IMG/VR virus record: IMGVR_UViG_3300020043_002894
Span: 1 to 28,748 of that record
DNA length: 28,748 bases
Direction: 5' to 3' (one strand)
From: a virus
Lineage: Duplodnaviria > Caudoviricetes
Shown here: in pieces, positions 23,567-28,748 of the stretch
How the letters are laid out: each line of letters opens with the position of its first letter
How positions within the stretch are numbered: position 1 is the first letter of the stretch
The notes under the pieces: generated by a model
What the model was told of the DNA's origin: nothing
The model's database searches: none
The model's input: the letters and a program-made list of their open reading frames with translations, nothing else
Position numbers and translations under genes: made by a program

Positions 23567-25868
23567 TGTCTGCTGTTATTAAGTTGCTGTCTGCGGTTAT
23601 TAAATTGCTATCTGCTGTTAATGGTTTAGTAATTTGAGTTACAAAAATATTTATTGTTTGCAACGTTTCTAAATTAGTAATAGTCGTGTTTATCGTTCTT
23701 ATTTCGTCCGTATTGTTTTCGTCAAAATCATAATAAACATTACTTCCTAATTGTGTCATCGTCAACCAAGCAACACCTCCATCATTTAAACTAGAATTTC
23801 CGATATTTGTTATAGATACTGATTGCCTTTGAGCGTGATAGTCTGCGTATAATTCGGTAAGAGAAGCGTTATAGCTATTTATATTCGTATCGAATGAATT
23901 TATTAAATTCAAAGATATTTCCCGAGTTTGTAAATTAAGATTGTAATTATCAATTCGATAATAATTATTTTTTATCTCTAAAACATCATTCAACTTTAAT
24001 TTTAGCAATATCCTTAATGGTAAAATTGCTTTATAAGCAAATGACCGTCTTTTAATATTAAAAATTGATTCAATATATCGTGAATAATAATTAGAATAAA
24101 GTGTCTTTTCGCTCGCCACATTGTTCCACTCATTATTTTCTATTCCAAAATTAAGATTATAATCAGGAAGCACGAAATCAATTGAGTGCGATGGTGTGTT
24201 TATTGTAGTGTTTAGCTCTGTTTTTACACCTAAATCATCTATAAATCCTATTGATTTTGAACCTATTGACTGGTTTACATTGTAAAAAATATGCGCTTCT
24301 GGACTAACAGGCTCGATTTTGTCATCGAATATTCCTGCATACATAATGTTAGTTAATTCATTGCCATTCAAATCAGGCAATCGCTCATAAACAAACTGTT
24401 CAAAAGGTACTTCTATTACTAAACTATCGCCTTCTAATGGCGTGCCGTTCGGTGTACCATCGTCTGTTAACAGCGTGGCTTCATCTCCGTATCCTTGACC
24501 TGTATTTATTTTGAATTGATTGTTTAATAATGTCTTTGGTTCTTTGAACAAAAAGTTAATTTCATTTAATAGATTGCCTCTAGACACTTCCAACGAATCA
24601 GTTTTAACAGATTTAGTTATTTTATAAACATTGCCTTGTGCATAAAAATTATTGAAGGTATCAATATAGATATTGTCATATTCATCTGCAACAACAATCA
24701 ATTTAAACATCTTGAACAATCCATTAAGAAAATCAATCAACTTCAATTTAGGCATATTCAATGATATATTGAATTGCCCTGAAACAGTTTGCTCTGGGAA
24801 AGACGCCACACCATTATAAGATTCATAAAGATATTCAATAGTGAACCTAGACGTAAACTTAAACTCTTCGTTAGCAGTTACATACCAACTATGTTTTCCG
24901 CTATCTCTATCTATTTTATAGAATGTCTCTGTAGTACCTACAAGATTAGCATAGTACCCCTTAGGGTTGTCGTCTATCTTTCTTTCAATTTTATAAACGA
25001 CACTTTCATATCCTGCGCTTGGAACTATCTGCATAAGTCCATAAATTCTTTTTCTGCCAGGTGTATAGGTGTCCTCAACCAAATCTAACACACCGCTGCT
25101 AATTGTGCCTGTGTTTGTAAAATTGATTTTTACTTCATTTGTATTAACTAATGTATTAGAATTGTTTACCCATAGATACAGGTTTTGAAACTCTGACGTA
25201 CCAAAAAAGTCACGTGAAAAAGTAATGCCAAAATCAGTTTCTATCGCTTCAATTATTTTAATCAATTGAATAGAAGGTTTTAGCAAATCATAATTCACAC
25301 CTGTATTTACACCGCCTGTGTAAGCAATGTTTGCAAGTGTTTTAGTATTTATATTTTCGCTGCCTGAACGATAGTATAATTGTTTTTTTGAAAACAAATT
25401 ATAAACTATTGCGCCACTAAATAATGATGACGTAAGACCTGTTTTTACATTGTCTGGATTGTATGTATGATTATATGCCGATAAGTCAAGGTCTTTAAGT
25501 TCGTAGTTTCTTAATTTATCTTTTAATGAAACAAGATTCCCAAAGAAAGTAATTGTGTACGCATAAGGATTGCCTTGTTTAACACTGACTTTTTCTAATT
25601 TCCATTTACCATATTTAAAAGGCAAGCCATTCATTTCAATGCGTCCAGTATGTTTAATTCTAGCATCAAAAGTATTATCTATGTTTGCATTGTAGTAGTG
25701 TTTGAATATTTTATTATTGTTGTGAGTTGCTGGAACTGTAAACGTTTTAGAATAATCGGTTGTGTTTTTTGTAATGTCATTAATATTAGCCACAGACGAA
25801 TTGAGTTCAATGTTTTCGTCTTTGAACAAATCAATTTTAAAATTGCCTATAAAAATATTCACATCCAT
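23559..25868 (-). CDS. Large minor tail (tip/hub) protein
   Basis: 769 aa; IDLFKDENIEL..SVANINDITK..TDYSKTFTVPAT..NNKIF.H N-terminus. Confidence 0.7.
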   Translation of the reverse strand: MDVNIFIGNFKIDLFKDENIELNSSVANINDITKNTTDYSKTFTVPATHNNNKIFKHYYNANIDNTFDARIKHTGRIEMNGLPFKYGKWKLEKVSVKQGNPYAYTITFFGNLVSLKDKLRNYELKDLDLSAYNHTYNPDNVKTGLTSSLFSGAIVYNLFSKKQLYYRSGSENINTKTLANIAYTGGVNTGVNYDLLKPSIQLIKIIEAIETDFGITFSRDFFGTSEFQNLYLWVNNSNTLVNTNEVKINFTNTGTISSGVLDLVEDTYTPGRKRIYGLMQIVPSAGYESVVYKIERKIDDNPKGYYANLVGTTETFYKIDRDSGKHSWYVTANEEFKFTSRFTIEYLYESYNGVASFPEQTVSGQFNISLNMPKLKLIDFLNGLFKMFKLIVVADEYDNIYIDTFNNFYAQGNVYKITKSVKTDSLEVSRGNLLNEINFLFKEPKTLLNNQFKINTGQGYGDEATLLTDDGTPNGTPLEGDSLVIEVPFEQFVYERLPDLNGNELTNIMYAGIFDDKIEPVSPEAHIFYNVNQSIGSKSIGFIDDLGVKTELNTTINTPSHSIDFVLPDYNLNFGIENNEWNNVASEKTLYSNYYSRYIESIFNIKRRSFAYKAILPLRILLKLKLNDVLEIKNNYYRIDNYNLNLQTREISLNLINSFDTNINSYNASLTELYADYHAQRQSVSITNIGNSSLNDGGVAWLTMTQLGSNVYYDFDENNTDEIRTINTTITNLETLQTINIFVTQITKPLTADSNLITADSNLITADNG
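23568..23621. repeat. 21-bp tandem repeat (~2.6 copies) encoding TADSNLI
   Basis: GTCTGCTGTTATTAAGTTGCT / GTCTGCGGTTATTAAATTGCT / ATCTGCTGTTAA. Confidence 0.8.
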
Positions 25869-26965
25869 TACACATTGTTTTTTTCGTTGAAAGCATATTC
25901 AAACTCGACTTCATAATTTATCAAACGGTCTTTCAGTCTTGTTTTATATTCTAAAGATTTGCTACCTAATTTCAAAGGAATGTAATTAGTGCCGTCAAAG
26001 TGCCAAACTCGCTCGCTTAAAAACAATTGTTTAAAATTTTCATTCATTGATTCATCAACAAAACCGCTATTCATTTTGAACTTAGAATTCCCTTGAACAT
26101 TATAAGTTACCATTTGATGATTGCCGTCTATTGCTTGTCCTCTGTCACTTTGAAAGTCCTCGCTTGTTATTGTTAAGGATTCTGTTTTAGCCTTAAAAAA
26201 AGGAATTATTTGCAAAACACCCTCTTTATTTTGAAAGCAAATATCCATTGGAGTATATTTGTATTCATCTGTTATCAGCAATGTTTTTGTAACTCCATTA
26301 TAAGTAACCTCTACATATTTATCGGTAAAAGTTTCTGATAAATTTATCCATATATTTTGAACTAATTCTGCGCTGTTTGTTGTGGATGGAGTGTTTATTG
26401 TTTCGTCAATTTCTAAATCAGGATATGACTTTATAGTAATTTCTGAAACTGTACTTTCTGATAACAAAACAGGAACTATGAAATTACCACTTCGATAAGC
26501 TTTAAGGTCGTCTCCTGAAATAAATACCTTACTAGTTGGTGTCTGTCCATTCTCTCCATCTAAACCGCCAGCATACCCTTGCACCATTAAATCAGTCAAA
26601 AAGTCTAATTCATCGCTAACCATATCATCGCCTGTTAATGGATCTACGGTAGTATAAATTAATTTGCAAGATACCCACTTCTGATTATTGCCGTCATATA
26701 TCCCCGTGCCTGTCATAAGTGTTGGCATAAAGTCAATATAATCATTAATCAAATTAGAAATGCTTACCTTATCGCTCCCGTTTGATGTAGCTATATTTTG
26801 TTTGGTCATTTCATAGCTTGCTGTAGCTGGGATAGCTGATTTTAACCCATCCCATACATATATTTTTAGCGTGTACTTTGAACACGCTAAACTACCAAGC
26901 AACACGCTTAAAGAAGGGTCAACAAATGGAATTGTTAAATAATAATTAGATAGTGATTTTATCAT
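25868..26965 (-). CDS. Minor tail protein
   Basis: 365 aa in the tail block; F.NKEG..Q, NSGFVDE, QLFLSERVW, LINYEVEFEYAF. Confidence 0.7.
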   Translation of the reverse strand: MIKSLSNYYLTIPFVDPSLSVLLGSLACSKYTLKIYVWDGLKSAIPATASYEMTKQNIATSNGSDKVSISNLINDYIDFMPTLMTGTGIYDGNNQKWVSCKLIYTTVDPLTGDDMVSDELDFLTDLMVQGYAGGLDGENGQTPTSKVFISGDDLKAYRSGNFIVPVLLSESTVSEITIKSYPDLEIDETINTPSTTNSAELVQNIWINLSETFTDKYVEVTYNGVTKTLLITDEYKYTPMDICFQNKEGVLQIIPFFKAKTESLTITSEDFQSDRGQAIDGNHQMVTYNVQGNSKFKMNSGFVDESMNENFKQLFLSERVWHFDGTNYIPLKLGSKSLEYKTRLKDRLINYEVEFEYAFNEKNNV

Positions 26966-27489
26966 AATTTCAATGCTATTTTTAATTGTTTATCAACTTC
27001 CAACCCATAGGCTGCATAAATATCATCGGGTAATCTTTGGAATGCTTGCTCAAATGGTTTGGTAAAAAAGTTTGTTGTTTCTAATCCTTTATTCCAAATA
27101 CTTCTCATTATTAAAAAAGCGGTTGACTTGTACGAAAGAAATTGTCCTGTCCTCCTATCTTTAAATTGAATCCGTTTTCGTGAAACCCAACCATTGATTC
27201 CACTTGTCAAACCGCCTTTTTTACCTGTTCCTGTTCCAAATTTAAAAGGACTGTTAGGTGCTTTTGCTGAACTACTAACCCCTTTCACTCCTTTATCTAC
27301 AAACTCCCAATAATCATTTGCATCTTTGAAATCAAAAGTTAATATTGCGCCATCCTTTGTCTCGGTTGTCTTGTAATTAATCCCGTTGTAAAGTTTAGAC
27401 GTGTCTTTCTTTTTCTTTTTTGAAAGATTCGATTTGGCTTGTTGTTGTACATAAGCACCGAATTTATTTAATTCATCTACGACTGACAC
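26962..27489 (-). CDS. Basic neck/tail-completion-like protein
   Basis: 175 aa, Lys/Arg-rich; YWEFVDKGVKG, SIWNKGL...FFTKPFE. Confidence 0.6.
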   Translation of the reverse strand: MSVVDELNKFGAYVQQQAKSNLSKKKKKDTSKLYNGINYKTTETKDGAILTFDFKDANDYWEFVDKGVKGVSSSAKAPNSPFKFGTGTGKKGGLTSGINGWVSRKRIQFKDRRTGQFLSYKSTAFLIMRSIWNKGLETTNFFTKPFEQAFQRLPDDIYAAYGLEVDKQLKIALKL

Positions 27490-27743
27490 GCTTCAAAATT
27501 ATCTTTAAAATATTGTAGAGCAACTAACCATTGGTCGGAATAGTCTTTTGGATTTCTTGCAATCATATCGCCAATTTTAGGGCTTCCATTGTTTTTATCT
27601 GCATCTGAAATAGATATATTATTACCAAATGGGTATTCTGATATATGTATAAATCCGTGGTTATTAAATATAATTATATCTTTTTCTGTCACTTCTCGCA
27701 TTTCTGCAATTTGACTTCGTCTGTATTCTTTAAAATTTCCCAT
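27477..27743 (-). CDS. Hypothetical protein inserted in the tail block
   Basis: 88 aa; GSPKIGDMIARNPKDYSDQWLVA..YF.DNFE. Confidence 0.7.
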   Translation of the reverse strand: MGNFKEYRRSQIAEMREVTEKDIIIFNNHGFIHISEYPFGNNISISDADKNNGSPKIGDMIARNPKDYSDQWLVALQYFKDNFEACQS

Positions 27744-27754
27744 ATATTTTATAT

Positions 27755-28210
27755 TTAATTACACAATGACAATTCTGTATTTGGCACTTCGATAACAAAG
27801 GTCAATCTTGCGCCATCAACTAATTTTGCGCCTTCAAACGATCCTAATTCAAAAGTTGGATTTTCGCTTGATGTTATATTATTGTCTTCAAAATCAGTGT
27901 ACATTTTCAACCACATACGATTCAATACCCCCACGCATAAATTATGATTGTCCACTTCATTATCTTGTCCCCAGAAATCATCTATATTTATTTCTTTGTT
28001 AATATCACGCTGATTAAAGCAAGCTAACTCAATATTGAATTGAACTGTTTGACCGTTAGTAAATGCACCTGATACAATATTTATATTAACCAAAGGAAAC
28101 ATTACTTCTTTTTTTAAATCAATATCCTGTGTCTTCATAACACAGTTAACAAAATCATCCGATTCGGCTAATTGTTTAAGATAGTAGTAAAGGGTTGTTA
28201 GTTGGTTCAT
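27755..28210 (-). CDS. Putative tail terminator-like protein
   Basis: 151 aa, acidic, FPLVNI motif; position in the tail block. Confidence 0.55.
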   Translation of the reverse strand: MNQLTTLYYYLKQLAESDDFVNCVMKTQDIDLKKEVMFPLVNINIVSGAFTNGQTVQFNIELACFNQRDINKEINIDDFWGQDNEVDNHNLCVGVLNRMWLKMYTDFEDNNITSSENPTFELGSFEGAKLVDGARLTFVIEVPNTELSLCN

Positions 28211-28477
28211 AATTCAATACTATTATTGGTTTGCGTCATTATCTTATGCTTCAATTTTTGTTTGTCAATCTTATGACAAAGAAATAAATGAACTTCGTGT
28301 ACATTCATTTCTTCAATCTGTTTCATTTTCCAAATTTTGCCTTTAGCCAATTCTTCAATCGTGGCATACCACCCCCATTTATCGAAGTAGTCTGATGCAC
28401 TTTTTCCTTCGCTTGTTCCACCGCCATATATTTCTGCGTATAACTCACTAATTCGTTGGCTAAACTCGAAAAAAAAA
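28207..28477 (-). CDS. -1 frameshift extension of the tail assembly chaperone (GT-like)
   Basis: Open -1 frame from the T9 run to a TGA overlapping the next ATG; FEFSQRISELY...YFDKWGWYATIEELAKG...NSIEL. Confidence 0.7.
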
Positions 28478-28736
28478 CCAATGCACCATTTACAATTGAT
28501 AATGGCATATGCTTCATAATGTCAGAATATTGTTTAGTTCCTTTATAATTTATGATTTCATAATTACCAAAAGCATCTCTATTTTTAATTGGTCTAAATA
28601 AAACAGCCATTAACTTATGCAATTCTTTTACATCTGTCCCATAATTTGAAACGTCTATAAACTCGCCTTGTGTCATTTTATCCAAATTGGGGATAAACCC
28701 AAACTCCACATCTTTAATAAAAAAATTAGGTTTAAA
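28323..28736 (-). CDS. Putative tail assembly chaperone (probably 5'-partial)
   Basis: VEFGFIPNLDKMTQGEFID...LHKLMAVLFRP...NGALVFF; the frame is open to an in-frame TAA at 28737-28739 near the window edge. Confidence 0.6.
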   Translation of the reverse strand, partial: FKPNFFIKDVEFGFIPNLDKMTQGEFIDVSNYGTDVKELHKLMAVLFRPIKNRDAFGNYEIINYKGTKQYSDIMKHMPLSIVNGALVFFSSLANELVSYTQKYMAVEQAKEKVHQTTSINGGGMPRLKNWLKAKFGK

Positions 28737-28748
28737 TTAAACGATTTG

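Noticed and set aside
286-28002. Plus-strand ORFs outside 6691-8699 (e.g. 4709-5107, 10195-10647, 19796-20257) and minus ORFs 3242-3448 and 6657-6842
   Set aside because: They are antisense or alternate-frame shadows of well-supported genes, with no recognisable motifs.
668-28739. In-frame TAA codons at 668-670 and 28737-28739 as evidence of stop-codon recoding
   Set aside because: TAA is the normal stop of many genes here. Both cases lie near the sequence ends, where errors or chimeras are likely, or may be simple nonsense mutations.
1-28748. tRNA, rRNA, integrase, terminase or transposase genes
   Set aside because: None recognised by eye. The terminase and any recombinase presumably lie outside this window.

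Overview
AT-rich fragment of a tailed dsDNA phage (or prophage) that very likely infects Bacteroidota/Flavobacteriaceae. The host inference rests on TAnnTTTG promoters, A-rich translation starts without Shine-Dalgarno motifs and a DUF3127 SSB-like gene. Almost all genes are on the minus strand. From right to left: a morphogenesis block (tail assembly chaperone with a probable -1 frameshift, tail proteins, short tape-measure-like protein, XkdF-type protease/scaffold, major capsid, tail tube, portal, adaptor, SGNH-containing fibre), then lysis genes (holin candidates, GH24 endolysin, unimolecular-spanin-like lipoprotein), then an early/replication block (Sak4-like AAA ATPase, SSB-like protein, HTH, DUF1599, metallophosphoesterase, DNA methyltransferase). 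The only plus-strand island (about 6590-8700) is the most interesting part. It is an array of four gene cassettes separated by 119-128 bp imperfect TAAC...GTTA hairpins, and each cassette's two ends are complementary to each other but not to its neighbours. This looks like an integron-like (attC-like) cassette array inside a phage, with an upstream promoter, a downstream RHH gene and no integrase in the window. Other notable signals are a 19-bp palindromic operator exactly 34 nt from three promoters and a repeated late-promoter-like motif. The first ~116 nt look like a fold-back assembly artefact. All product calls come from motif recognition by eye, not database searches.
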